Source of the DNA: Mytilus edulis
Taxonomy: Eukaryota
Direction of reading: 5' to 3'
Assembly: GCF_963676685.1 (NCBI RefSeq)
Contig: NC_092344.1
Coordinates: 125,116,001-125,180,000, forward strand
Length of the DNA: 64,000 nucleotides
In this document: positions 28,701 to 43,700 of the stretch, one piece after another
How positions within the stretch are numbered: the first letter of the stretch is position 1
How the letters are laid out: each line of letters starts with the position of its first letter
Notes under the pieces: model-generated
Told to the model about the DNA's origin: nothing
Seen by the model: only the letters and a program-made list of their open reading frames with translations
Database searches by the model: none
Program-made: the position numbers and the translations under genes

Positions 28701-31700
28701 ACAAGATATTAATGCCATGGATACATACTGAATATAATGTTATTCATAATTTTAGAGTAACTGCTAAGAATAACTTTAGTAAAATATGTTAGTGTTAAGT
28801 GTATTTTGTAAGACAGTTTGATCTTATTTGAGATGTTGTCTGTAAATATGTGTAAATGAATGCATGTATAACATATCTATCTGCTGTATCTAGTTAACTC
28901 TGGTTTATATACATTGTATGTGTAAAAGTGTGATACTATTATATTATGAAATGCTTAGAAGCTTGTAACACATTTATATCTACACGCATGGAGTTTAGAA
29001 CACTATAGCACATTTTATGGACTAATTTGTTTGTATGAAGGTTCACTAACCTAATTTTTCAGATAGATTAAGAATATACACTGGATTTGCCTCAATCTCC
29101 AGGTTTATATGGGGGCAGCCATCTTGTATATTTTGCTAATTTTTATTCTGTATCAAATGATTTTAAATTGAAATAAGCATAATTATCCTTGAAAATACAT
29201 CTGAAACTTATTCTTTAAGATATATTAAGAATTTCATTACAAATTGCAATTTCATTCAAACTTCAAAGAAAATTTATGATGTAACAGGGGAGATAACTTT
29301 CATTGTTCAATAGACTTGGAATTTATTGATTAGTACATTTTGTTCTCCTTTCTATTTTGTAATTGATGGGGAAACTGTTTAACCTATTTAGTAGTATTCT
29401 AAAATTCAATGATCATGATAGCCCTGACATCTGATTACAAAGGGGGAACAGGGATAATAAGTGTCAGCCTGTAACACATACCATGAAAAGATAAGGACCA
29501 GAATTGTTCCAGAACAAAAACGAATATAGTCGTTTAGTTTTCTTCAGATACTTTGATGAATAAATGGTGTCTTGCTTAACAATGATTAATATCCAAGTTG
29601 CATGTTGAACAGAAGTTGGTTTTTTTCTAAATCTTTTCGAGTACTATGTATTTCTTTTCTCAACATCAAGAGAGAAAGATTGAATAATTAATGTTTGTCT
29701 GTTGTTAACTACTTATATCATTTTAACTCTACTAAATGTTGTGTCTATTTAACTGTTTGAAATTTAACATCTAATTTTACATTAGAGAGAACAGGAAATT
29801 CACACCAGACGACAAATGCCACCCACTCCACCTGGTGGTCTGAATATTGCCACAGAACAAGAAAGAAAAAGGGTGGAAGATATAAAGAAAACAATGTACA
29901 GAGATGAACTCTTAAAGGTTAATTTCTCGTTATAAATTTCAAGCTCATAATGACCATGACCTTGAGTAATCTAAGTTCATAATGTGACCTTGAGTAATCT
30001 AAGTTCATAATGAACTTGACCTTTAGTATTCTAAGTTCATAATGAACTTGACCTTTAGTATTCTAAGTTCATAATGAACTTGTCCTTTAGAAATCTAAGT
30101 TCATAATGAATATGACCTTCAGTTATCTAAGTTCATAATGAACATGACCCTGAACCTGATATGGTAAAGATGTGAGAAGCTGTGGCATTTGTTTTACAGT
30201 TTCATGTATACTTTCATACTTGTACTTTCATGTAGCAAGTTTTTCTAATTGTTTTCGCTATCAACTAATGTTGTGTAGTGAATGTTTTAATGAACAGATT
30301 TTGTAAATGTATATATGTGTGTTTGTTGATTTTTGTTAAAAAAAATAATAGCTTTGTGTTTTGCAGTGAATAGTAACAATTTAATTTTTTATTTATAATT
30401 GCATTATTATATCAGATAATTAATTCGTCCATTTTTAATCTTCATATTTGTAGCAACAAAAAGAACAGTTATATAACAGAGCAACACAGCAAGGGGAAGT
30501 CTCTGTAATCAACAGAACATCTCCCACTCAGGCTCCTCCTAACCAGATCTCTCCTAGAGGTAGACCACCTCCACATCCAGACTCAGGTAGACGGAGAGGA
30601 CCACCACCTCAGAATGACAGAATGCAGGTGGGTTTTATATCTTAGCTAATCATAGTTAATGTGACAAGGTTTAGAATGCTGTTACTTCAGTAATAAAAAA
30701 TATATATATACTAGAAGAGCTAGAGAGAAAAGAAACAGTTTTATATTTAAAACATAAAACTTGCAGTTGGGATGCTGCATTATAGAAATATTAAAATTAT
30801 CCAAGAATAGAGATAACAGGGTTATTTCCCTTGTCTGTACCTAACTTGATGGTCAGAGGTATCCAAGAATAGAGATAACAGGGTTATTTCCCTTGTCTGT
30901 ACCTAACTTGATGGTCAGATGTATCCAAGAATAGAGATAACAGGGTTATTTCCCTTGTCTGTACCTAACTTGATGGTCAGAGGTATCCAAGAATGGTGAT
31001 AACAGGGTTATTTCCCTTGTCTGTACCTAACTTGATGGTCAGAGGTATCCAAGAATAGAGATAACAGGGTTATTTCCCTTGTCTGTACCTAACTTGATGG
31101 TCAGAGGTATCCAAGAATAGAGATAACAGGGTTATTTCTCTTGTCTGTACCTAACTTGATGGTCAGATGTATCCAAGAATAGAGATAACAGGGTTATTTC
31201 CCTTGTCTGTACCTAACTTGATGGTCAGATGTATCCAAGAATAGAGATAACAGGGTTATTTCCCTTGTCTGTACCTAACTTGATGGTCAGATGTATCCAA
31301 GAATAGAGATAACAGGGTTATTTCCCTTGTCTGTACCTAACTTGATGGTCAGAGGTATCCAAGAATAGAGATAACAGGGTTATTTCCCTTGTCTGTACCT
31401 AACTTGATGGTCAGAGGTATCCAAGAATAGAGATAACAGGGTTATTTCCCTTGTCTGTACATAACTTGATGGTCAGAGGTATCCAAGAATAGAGATAACA
31501 GGGTTATTTCCCTTGTCTGTACATAACTTGATGGTCAGAGGTATCCAAGAATAGAGATAACAGGGTTATTTCCCTTGTCTGTACCTAACTTGATGGTCAG
31601 AGGTATCCAAGAATGGAGATAACATGGTTATTTCCCTTGTCTGTACCTAACTTGATGGTCAGAGGTATCCAAGAATAGAGATAACAGGGTTATTTCTCTT

Positions 31701-34700
31701 GTCTGTACCTAACTTGATGGTCAGAGGTATCCAAGAATAGAGATAACATGGTTATTTCTCTTGTCTGTACCTAACTTGATGGTCAGATGTATCCAAGAAT
31801 GGAGATAACAGGGTTATTTCCCTTGTCTGGACCTAACTTGATGGTCAGAGGTATCCAAGAATGGTGATAACAGGGTTATTTCCCTTGTCTGTACCTAACT
31901 TGATGGTCAGATGTATCCAAGAATGGAGATAACAGGGTTATTTCCCTTGTCTGTACCTAACTTGATGGTCAGAGGTATCCAAGAATAGAGATAACATGGT
32001 TATTTCTCTTGTCTGTACCTAACTTGATGGTCAGAGGTATCCAAGAATAGAGATAACATGGTTATTTCTCTTGTCTGTACCTAACTTGATGGTCAGATGT
32101 ATCCAAGAATGGAGATAACAGGGTTATTTCCCTTGTCTGGACCTAATTTGATGGTCAGAGGTATCCAAGAATAGAGATAACAGGGTTATTTCCCTTGTCT
32201 GGACCTAACTTGATGGTCAGAGGTATCCAAGAATAGAGATAACAGGGTTATTTCCCTTGTCTGTACCTAACTTGATGGTCAGAGGTATCCAAGAATAGAG
32301 ATAACAGGGTTATTTCCCTTGTCTGTACCTAACTTGATGGTCAGAGGTATCCAAGAATGGAGATAACAGGGTTATTTCCCTTGTCTGTACCTAACTTGAT
32401 GGTCAGAGGTATCCAAGAATAGAGATAACAGGGTTATTTCCCTTGTCTGTACATAACTTGATGGTCAGAGGTATCCAAGAATAGCATAGATGCCAACCAT
32501 TACGATTTTTCCGTAGTTTTTCCGATTTTGCGATAAAAACTACGCTATTACGGTCAAAGTAGTATAGTTACGGATTCCCAATCATCGACGTTCAATTTTG
32601 TAAAACGCGGATTTTTATCATTACTTTTCCATCCTGGTCCAGTATTTAGGAAACGCCAATGTAATGCTTCTGGTTTCTCGGGAGTTATCAACCTATTGTT
32701 GGGTAACTAACTGACTTCCGAAGAGGCAAACTTGCATTTTATTAAGTAGCTTTCCCCCTTTCTCTACTTCCCCTTTACAAAACAAAAATGTTTGAGTCGA
32801 GAACATCTGAACAATCAATGAATGGAATACATACTACAGACAACATGTTAAATGACAAATTTGAGTGTACATCACTGTGCAACCACTCGTCAGTAATTTT
32901 TATTGGTAAATGCACGTTTATGAATGATTACTGAAAATTTTCAAAAATACGGAAAATTTGATAGTTTGTTACTGATTGTGTCCAAAGGGGGTTGGCATCT
33001 ATGGAATAGAGATAACAGGGTTATTTCCCTTGTCTGTACCTAACTTGATGGTCAGAGGTATCCAAGAATAGAGATAACAGGGTTATTTCCCTTGTCTGTA
33101 CCTAACTTGATGGTCAGAGGTATCCAAGAATAGAGATAACAGGGTTATTTCCCTTGTCTGTACCTAACTTGATGGTCAGAGGTATCCAAGAATAGAGATA
33201 ACATGGTTATTTCCCTTGTCTGTACCTAACTTGATGGTCAGAGGTATCCAAGAATAGAGATAACAGGGTTATTTCCCTTGTCTGTACCTAACTTGATGGT
33301 CAGAGGTATCCAAGAATAGAGATAACAGGGTTATTTCCCTTGTCTGTACCTAACTTGATGGTCAGAGGTATCCAAGAATAGAGATAACAGGGTTATTTCC
33401 CTTGTCTGTACATAACTTGATGGTCAGAGGTATTTTAAAATGTTTTATATATGATATGATAAAGATGAAGACTGATAAAATTATTGTTAGGTTTTGAACA
33501 TTTGAGTCGTTTTTAGCTTAATTGAACTGTACATCCTTTATAAAATTAATACATACAGGTTACATAATGTTTGATTAAAAGATTGAAATTAAGATATACA
33601 TTGTCGTGTGTAACAGGAAAAATCCAGAGAGACTCCAAACTACTGGAATGAAGGGCGACAAGCTCCATCTCCGAAATCTGTAGAATCAGATAGTAAAAAT
33701 GTCAAACCTTTAAATGTTGAATCTGAAACAAAAACCAAACAGGTATACAGTGCATGTATAGAATGCAGAGAGTTAGATCTAAGTATTTTAAGCTTATTTT
33801 GCTTTTCCTAATAGGCATGTCTACTAGTGCATGTTTAATAGATAGAAATTTTTATTCCTTCTGACATTGATGTTTTCTACCCACTGTCATCCAGGCTATT
33901 CAACACTCATCATGCTTAAAATCTTGTCGATAACCATTGGGTTAGAAATCATTAACCATAGCAAAAATCAACCTCGGGAGTAAAAAAATTTTATGTGAAA
34001 ATGCCCCTGACAAACCAACATGGCCACCGTTACTATAAAAAGCTCATTTGAGGTAACAGAAATTCTGAGGTAAAATGGATATGAGGAACACTTGTGCATT
34101 GTGTTTCTTAATGGAATTCTATATTAAAGGAGTTTATTACATTATTGGAGCTCAAATATAAATGTTCAGGTCCTTTTTGTGAAGTTTTTGTGGAGAACTT
34201 TTATCACACTAGCTAGTTAGGTGGGAAAGTTTTGTCTAATTTTTTTTTGCAGGACTCTCAATGCAATTACATTTTGTCCTTTTGGGGTTCTCTATATATG
34301 CCATAATGAACTCTGGTAGAAACAATATTGTGCTTAGATGTTAGGTGCGTTAAGATGATAGGTGTTTTTAACTTACTACAGGTTTGATATAAAATCTTGA
34401 TGTAAAGTAAAAAAGTAAAACTTGCACTTGACAACAATCCCCTGCCTATCATTTAATTTCAGAACAAAACCAAAGCTATATGCTTTAGATAAAAATAGAA
34501 TGCAGCAGTTGAACATATTATACAGAATTTATTTATAAACATTTTGTAATCTTAATTGTAGATTCAGAAACTTATTTCCTAAAAGTGTTGATATGACTGA
34601 CTGCTGTTAGTTTAAACTGCTTTAACATACTCAGATTTGTTGTATGTCTAATTCTTTGCAACACTTATGTTTAATTTTCAAGGAATACTCACTATTAGGA

Positions 34701-37700
34701 TAGAGATATTAATCAAATTCATTATGATTGACATTCTTTATGCATAAGGAGTTATCTACCCCTTATTTGAGAGCAGAAAGCAAAGTTTTATAACAATGAA
34801 AAAACAAGAAAATGCATGTAGAGGCTATTTTTTTAAATTAAAATGAGAATGAGATTAATTTAAGATAGTATTCAACAGTCAAATATCTTAATAAATACTA
34901 AAGGAAATGTTTTGTTACCGTGTGTTACTAAGTCCTTTTTCCCAGATCATATTGTATAATTCATAGATAATCAAGTAAACATGCCTTATCTAATTAAATC
35001 AAGAAGATGCAAGGTGTATGATTTGATTGATGAGAGTTTTATTTTTAACCAAAATTTGTTTTATCAGAAGAAAAATGGTGAAAGCTAATTTCAGGATAAA
35101 TCTTAGCTTATAATTTTGCTCCAAGAATTTGACAGCCTTATAAACCATACAATCATTGATGAAATTCTTATTAAATTATTTGAGATACTGTGAACCAACT
35201 AATTTTCAACAGCAATTTATTTTCGTGACTTTCACATACGTGAAATAAAGTGAATTATATTATTGCAAATAAGTAAAACTTCAATCTTTCTAATTCAAAA
35301 CATCAAGAAAATGTGAAAATTTTGATTTACAAAAAAAAAGTTGGTTTACCATATTGCTGAGGAGGATTAAAGGTTTTAAAATGGATATTAAAACTCATAA
35401 GTCGATATATAATCTGACAATACCATGGCAAAAAACTATACAAAACAATAAAATTACCTTACCATGTGGTGACTGATAAACTGGTGTATTCTACAGCCTA
35501 TGGAAAGTCACAGACCCCAGGAAGGAGATCTGAGGACCGGATTCTTTGATGACAGAAGAGCCAGTCCATTAAACAGAGATGAAAGGCAACAGGATTATCA
35601 ACAGTTTTTAGCAAATGTAGGTATATAATAAGGATACTGTGTTAATAAGTCACTTTTAGCACTTTAATATAGTGTTGTCAAATCGTACACTTTTTCCTAA
35701 CCGGTTACTCGGATAATCGTTCGACCGATTAACCTGTTAACCGGTAGTTTAAGTTGGTGTTTGAAAGCGTTATCAATAGTACCCTACACATAGATAAGAT
35801 GAGGTATGAGAGTCAATTTGACAACCTTTCATCCAAGTCATAAATTTACGCTTATGGAATTAAAGTTTGTTCTTTGGCATTATAAGGCTTGTCTGTGAGG
35901 ATTCCTAGCGAAGTTTGACTTTTTAATAATTGAATACACCGTATCAACTATATAGCGGTTGTATCAACTTCAGATTGAAAAAGAAAAAAAAAACTTCTTG
36001 ATCTCGTAGAATCGAATATGTCTGAAACCGATTATTCTTTTCTTTCCTTTGTTGTCTCCGAAAATAATGTGGAGCGTTTCAATTTGAAATGATTAATCAT
36101 TAAAAAAAGAAGATGTGGTATGATTGCCAATGAGACAATTATCCACAAGAGACCAAAATGACACAGAAATGAACAACTATAGGTGACTGTACGACATGTT
36201 TCTTTGTTTACTTGTTTCTTTAAGTATGTTACTCGTACTATCATGTATACATTGAGTACATTCACATTGATTTGCATTTCTTAATTTTTGAGTTAGCATT
36301 TCGTTTAAAATAAGACTAAGCCTAGCACTACAGAGGTTGCACATTTAGATGTAGGTTTACACAATATTAGATTCAAAACGAAATAATGAAGTAATTAGTA
36401 AAATTTAATCGCATCACTGATTTAAAGTTACTGTTAAACACACATGTATACTAATTATGTTTTTTTAAGATCCTGCCCGAGCTCTAATTAATTTTATGTT
36501 TTTAGGATTAACAATAGCAATCAATATACTTGGACAATTGATCTGTCAAATTATTTCCATGACAACATTTTTTAAATAAAACATAACTATTTATAGATTT
36601 CAATACATATTTATATCAAATCTATCAAAATTGAAAAAAGTCCGGTTAACCGGTTAGCGTTTTTGGTATTCGATATTCGGTCGTTCGACCGGTTAACCGG
36701 TTAACCGGTTAATCGTTGACAACACTACTTTAATACTATGCTGAATTGTTTTCAGAAAATGTCTTATTTTCATTTATTGCCAAAAGTATGTAAAAGATTT
36801 GCAAATTAGCTTTACCCTGCTGCTGAAGCATATTGATTCCTTTAATTTTAAGGTAGGGAATCAATGAGCAGGGTTGTCAGTGTGAGGAGATGGGAAAGGA
36901 TGAGCCATAATTTGCCTCGAAGTTGGTCATCAGGTGCAAAAAGCATCAATTTTGATTATTTTTCATTCTATTTCTTGACCTCAAAGAACCAGTAATGCCG
37001 CTATAGGTCTCCAGCTGTGAACCCCAGTTAACAATTTGACCCCAACAGTTGTAAGTTGGGAGTGAAACTGGTCTTGGTTTAGCAGTCTAGAGAAGGTCAT
37101 TTGGACCAAAAATACAGAATTTCATGATTTTTTTTCATTTTTTGACTTCAACTGGACCTGAAACAGGAAGTAGTGGTTTTCTATGCATATTTCAATAATA
37201 ATTAGGATCAGTAATTATAATAATAATTATGATCAGTAATTATATTTCTTCGGGTTTACACTATTTTTGCAAGTTTTAATCCTATGATTGTCCTGTGTAA
37301 GACACCGAAGGGAAGCCCATCCCCTCAAGAAAACCGACTTTCATCCGATTTCAATTTTCCAAGTCTGTATTTGAGCTCAAACTGCAATTTATACATGAGA
37401 AACGTGACAAAAGATAGCCTCAGGTTGACGGAACATGCTTAACTTTCGAAATAAGTATCATAAAATTGACTTCTAAAAGTATGGAACGCTATTGTAGCCA
37501 AATAACGGTGGTCTGGGTAAGCCTGTCATATGACGGTCACAGCATGGTAAGGGTTGAGCAAATTTAAGATAGTTGGGTTTGAAGATGGGCCCTCAAGTTG
37601 CAAGTTTGCCTGCAATTTAACCACTTTTAAGCTTTTAATCAACTTCCGTCAATCTTCTGTCTAAATCAGACACAAGTGTAAGGACATACAATACAGAAAC

Positions 37701-40700
37701 GATCACTTGTTGATTTTTCCTCAAGATTTGACACAAAGTCAATTTTGGTATGCACTTTTAAAATATGTGATGCAAAAACATCACATTATATTTGGATACA
37801 TTATTATCAGCCTTAGCTTCTGTATCATAATCCCTTAAGATGTGAAATTTTGTCAGTGAACAATGACATGAAATATTTTCCCTCAAAAACATTTGATCTG
37901 TGTTGAAACTGCTGTATGTATTTATAGAAACAGCGAGAGGATGAAATGAAACATCAGAGATTAGAGGACCAACGACACGCACCACATCTGGATTTATCAA
38001 AGGGAGATTACTATGATGCTGAAACGTATGAACGAAAGAGAATGTCTTTAAACTCAGAGAGAAAGAATGATTACCAGAACTTCCTTTCAAAGGTTAGTTT
38101 TATTTGTCAAACCTCACAATGTAAAAATGGAAGTACATGTATATCAAATAATAAGATTTATTAATTGTGATTCAAAACTTGATTATTTGAAACATGCATT
38201 TTTAGATTTAAAACTTTTTGAAATGATTTTGGTTTTTAATTTGTAAGTTTATTCAATAAACCATTAGGTTCTTTCACAGTTTCATAGATAGTCACACAAA
38301 TGGTGATTAAAATCACTTCTGTAACCATGGATTCATTTGGTAAATGAAATTGAAGAAATTTTATAAAGAAAAATATAAAAATAACTAAAAGAATAAAGTG
38401 ACTGGAAAATCATATTAAAAAAAAAATAGAATTGTATGTCTTGGATCATATATCTGTGAACTGTTTGAACTTTACAATTGTCTTGCTGTTTATGTTATAA
38501 TGAAATTGTTCTTAAGAGAGTTAGAATAGAAATTATTAACAGATTTGAAACCTTTGCATGTAAACTTTCAAAATATTTAAAAAATCAGTCATATTTTGGT
38601 TAAGTCATTTTATTAGATATATTTTTAAGGAAAGATTTTTAAATAAATTTTTATGTTATGATAGTTATGAGAAAAAAACTAGTTTAAAAAAAATAACATA
38701 ATTGTTTCCTCTAAGTATTATGAACATTTCTGATGTGTATTGATGTAGATAAAAAATATAAACACTGATTAATAAACTAGCAATGCAGACATTTTATTTT
38801 TTAATGCTATCTTTCTGAATCTGATGTTTTTCTATGTTTTGTTTGACTCTTTTTACAATCTTTATTACTTCTACACAACTGTGTGTCTTATCGTGTATTG
38901 CATATAAGCAGACAAGCTGAAAATGTCACTTTTTCCAAAAACATCCAACTGTTACTTTTTCTGCTATATAAATTTGATCTTTATAGAAGTAGATATTAAT
39001 TTTTAACTTTTGTAAGAAAGAAAGTTTTACAAGTTTACGAAAAACTTTTGTTTGTATTATAACAGCCATATCGTTACCAAACACCTAAGTATGGTCTTCC
39101 TATAGGACAGTATAGGTATATACCATTAAGGAAAAGTCTTGAAAAACAGCGCAATCAACAATATAATGATTTTTTGGAAAAGGTATTATTGTTCGGACAA
39201 TCTTTTTTTCTTGTGCACTCCTGTATGTTTTGACCTGTGTATATTCATCAGATATCTGAACAATGTACATCGACTGATTTCTATCATGCTTTGTGTGATC
39301 TGTCTTTCTAACTACCATATAAAATATTAGAAAAGTATAAAAGTAAAACTTTGCAGTTTTTTAAGTAACTTATTTTAGATACCAGATTGAGATTAAGGAG
39401 ACAAATTTAATATTGGAGTCAAAGTTTTACTGACTCAAATAAAAGTAAATTCTGACCAGGTCTTATTTAGACCTCTTTTGGCAATTTTTTATTATATTCG
39501 TTTTTAACCAAATTTAATTATGACAGAAAGAAATATCTGTGTTTGATGAAACACACTCAATGTAAATTTTTCAGATTATTTCATTATTTTTATTTGTACT
39601 TTTTTGGTTATTGTTATAAACCATTGCAGTGGTTTGGTTTTACTCATGTGAGTTTGATATGTGTCAAGGGATTCTTTTATTGTTACAAGTCTGACAGTCA
39701 GATTGTTGATTGTATCATATGTACCAATCTTCACCCTTACCTTTACCATGTTTGTCAGGTGTGTAAACAGGTTTTCTGCAATTTTCTATTCCATATTCTA
39801 CCCATATTTATTTATTTTGAGAAACATTGAACATGTTTGATTAATTTTGAATGCAATGGTCTTGTTTTGTCCTGTAAAATCAAGTTTGCTTGTATTGAAA
39901 ATCTTCTTCAACTTTTTGAAATTTAATAATGAAATTTTATTTTGAATTTAAGACAAATATTTCCTATTGATTCTGCTTTATAGGAACCATACTGTCAATA
40001 TCACAAATAACCCTTGAGTTTTAAGAGTCCTTTACCATACTGTCATGTCAGTAATAATCATGGATCTGTGTTGAAGTCTGTACTTTGACCTATAACTGTT
40101 ATCTTTTTATACATTGTGACTATGATGGAGATTTTTCTTATTGGCACTCATACCACATCTTCTTAAATCTAATTAGTTGTTTTAGGTATAACATCTGTTT
40201 CCCATTGTCATTCATTTATATAGAAAATTACGTAGCCACTGTTATCACGTTTACTCATCATACATTTATATACCATATTGTCAAACATTTGGTATTCATA
40301 CAGTGGTAACATTAACTAGTCTGATCATTTTGTTTATAAAGTTAGTTCATTTGGTGGAGGGAATCAGTTTTCTAAGTTGTAATAAAGTATGATAACCTAG
40401 CTGTAGTATTATAAAGATTATCTATCTCAAATATTTGGGTGATTTGAAATTCAGCAAAAGGAGAACAAAATGTCTCAAGTTAAAGAAACAGAAGACTTTC
40501 AAACAGAAAGACACCATGTTTTAGCCAAAGAAAGAAACCGGGAATACAATGAGTTTTTAGAACAGGTTTGTTTGGATGCGTAAAGGTTGTGGGTACACTG
40601 GCACAGTGTAAATATATGACAAGCAATTAGTAGGAGATTTTTGTAGTCTTTAAAGTTAGGTATATGGAATTAAAAGTGGTGTGGACTTTTGAAACTGAAA

Positions 40701-43700
40701 CTGAGTATTGTGGATTAGTTTAGTTTGTCTTATCTTAACATTGGGACTTGGTTGTGGAATAATATTGTTGTAGAATGATTAATAAGGTCAGGTTCTGTTT
40801 TCTAAATATAAAATGGTAATTTCTGTTTGGTCTATAAATAAGTTGTATACAATGGTTAGAGTGTGTGTAAATAAAGCATTAGCATGGTAGCATAGTAAAA
40901 CAATGAATAATACTATTTGGAAGATTTAAAAAATAAAAATCATAACAGCAACATATTACACACTGTTGATTGCAACTCGATATTATAGCCATCTGGCATC
41001 CCTGAGAATTTTGAAAAGCATTATAGAATAAAACTTCTGAAGATGGATTTGATAAAAAAAAAAAAACGTTTAGAGAAATTACAACTTTCTGTTTTTCTCC
41101 TAAATAGAAACGAAAAATGAGACCTATAACAAGAGACATGGGCGGGATTACTTACGCATCTAATTACAAGACAGATACGCGACCTCATTCTGACAGAGTA
41201 TTGTCCCTTTATAAAGCTTTACCACCTGATCAGAGATCAGATATGAGGTTAAGACCAGTGACCCCTGACCATTGGTCAGCTAGTTTAAGTATCAATGAAG
41301 AAGCCAAGGCGGCCAGCAAAATGTCAATGAAAATGGAAAGGAAAAGAGAATATAACAATTACTTAAAAAACCAAACCACGAAAAAGGTATTAGATTAAAA
41401 TCAAGTCAAGTTTAAAGATATTGTTTGCTCAATTATATCGTAAGTTTTTATTGATACTCTTATGAGCAAAAAAATCATGTTAAATTTTATGTCAGTGCTA
41501 TCTCATATTGTATATTTACTGGAAAAAGTTTTCACGTTTTCATTTTTGAAAGCTAAAGATAAATAAACAAACACAAATAGAAAAGTAACTAAGATATGAA
41601 ATATATAAATTATATGTTTGTAAATTAGCCCCAAGGATTGACAAAGGAGAAAACTCCACAAGGCTATGGCAGTCTTTATTTCAATGAAGAATATAGTGAA
41701 AGAAGGGAGAAAGCACAGAAGCATGCTCTTAATGAGGAATATAACCAATACCTTACAAAGGTATATATTTCATGTGTTCTCTTTTCATACATTAAGCAAC
41801 CAACACTCAATCAATCAATCAATCAATCAATCATAATTTGAATGGATTCTCTTGTCAGTGAGACTAAATTATTATACACTTTTCAAAAGCTTTTATGTAA
41901 AAGTTAGATTAAACAGAAAAAAGTACTCTTTTTTATCATAAATAGGAAAAACTTGTGTCAAACTGAATGAAGTTGGAATTGATCAAACACGTAAGAGAAC
42001 TATTTAATGCTATCCAGGGTTAAACATGTTTAAGGGAAGATAAGATCAAGGAAGACTGGTCTTCTATCTCATTTCAATGTACTGATGAATTATTGGTTAA
42101 TTATTTAAAACTTGATGACATATCGATTGGGTTATAGGAAGGTTTGAAACAGGAAAAAGTTGAACCTCTGCAATTGGAGGAGGATTATCAGACTAGACGA
42201 CAAAAAGAACTAGCCATAGAAAGGCATCAGGATTTTATAGATTATTTGGAGAAGGTATTATCATGATGTGTAGGAGCTATGGTGGTTTTAGTCATTGTGT
42301 GTTATAAAACAACAAAGTTCATCTCATTCATACCTAACAGGGCTATGGAGAACAAATATTAATTTTATAATTGATAATCTGTTCAAGTTAGATATTTATG
42401 GAATAAGTGTAATTGGCTGAGAACTTTGGTTGTTGTTGCCATGTGACATTCATCTCTAACTATCATTACCAGTTGAAAACAGGATGGTAGCCATCTGAAA
42501 AGTTTTGTTATGGAATTGTTTCATGACAGTTGTCCTTCAAGCATTTAGCATTAGGTTTTCTGTTTTTCCCTTTTTATTTGTTTATATCACTTTATTTGAT
42601 TTGTAATGTTGATTCTGTCGTCCATTTTAATGTTGATTCTGTCGTCCATTTTAATGTTGATTCTGTCATCCATTTTAATGTTGATTCTGTCGTCCATTTT
42701 AATGTAGATTCTGTTGTCCATTTTAATGTTGATTCTGTCGTACATTTTAATGTTGATATTGTCGTCCATTTTAATGTAGTTTCATCTGGTATTCTTTGCT
42801 TTACTAAAATGGCAGTGACCCTCTGAATGGAAATATTTTGGAGTATAATACCTGGAATTATAGTATACTGTTCACTATATCAGCATATTGCTTCAATATC
42901 TTGTATGCTTCACAACTTGCTTGTCATAGATTTACACTGTGCTTCCAAAATCACTTTATATTTATTGGGGTTAGTTAAAAGAGGGAAAGTTCACAGAAAG
43001 TTTTGAATGTTTCACACAGATGGGCAATTGTTTCACAACAGTATTTTTTGTTTCTTTCTGAAGCTGAAAGCATTAAGAATTAGAATGAATAGAAAATAAG
43101 ATATGTACTAACAAAGTTATTTAATATATTATACATATCATTTTATTTCATTATCATAGTTCACCATTCATAGACAATATATTATAGCTTAGAGTTGGTC
43201 ATAGCCATGATGTGTGTCATAATATTATTGTTTTAAATTATATTTTTCTTCCATAAAGCAAACTATTGATTGCAGCATCTCTATTTTTAGTTTTATCTAA
43301 TGGCAACACTTGAAGGAGAGTCTTAAGATTTCCTTTAATTATTGTTCTTTTTTTTTTATTATTGACATTTTTATCCTCACAAAGTCTTGTTTAAAATAAT
43401 TTGTTAAATTGATTAGAAATGTAAGAGCTGTCATGTATTTTGGTTTCTTTTTAAAATCATTTTCTTTTTAAAACTTAAAAAAAAGGAAGGATTTTTGCTC
43501 AGTAAAATAAGATTGGTTATAGCTGTTAGGAACAAACTCATCATTTTATATACGGTATGAAACATGATGATAACTGCCCTGATTTGTAGCAAAATAGTGG
43601 AGTTACCTCTCAGAGAAATGGGCCCGTTGTTAATGTTGGCCTTCCATTATATCAAGAAAAATATGATGATCATTATAACAACCTGAAACAGAAACGAAAC

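Noticed and set aside
30799-33433. CRISPR-like regular repeats
   Set aside because: Head-to-tail satellite with no unique spacers, no cas genes and a eukaryotic intron context.
42530-42826. 98-aa ORF with NVDSVVHF repeats
   Set aside because: Translation of a 24-bp minisatellite.
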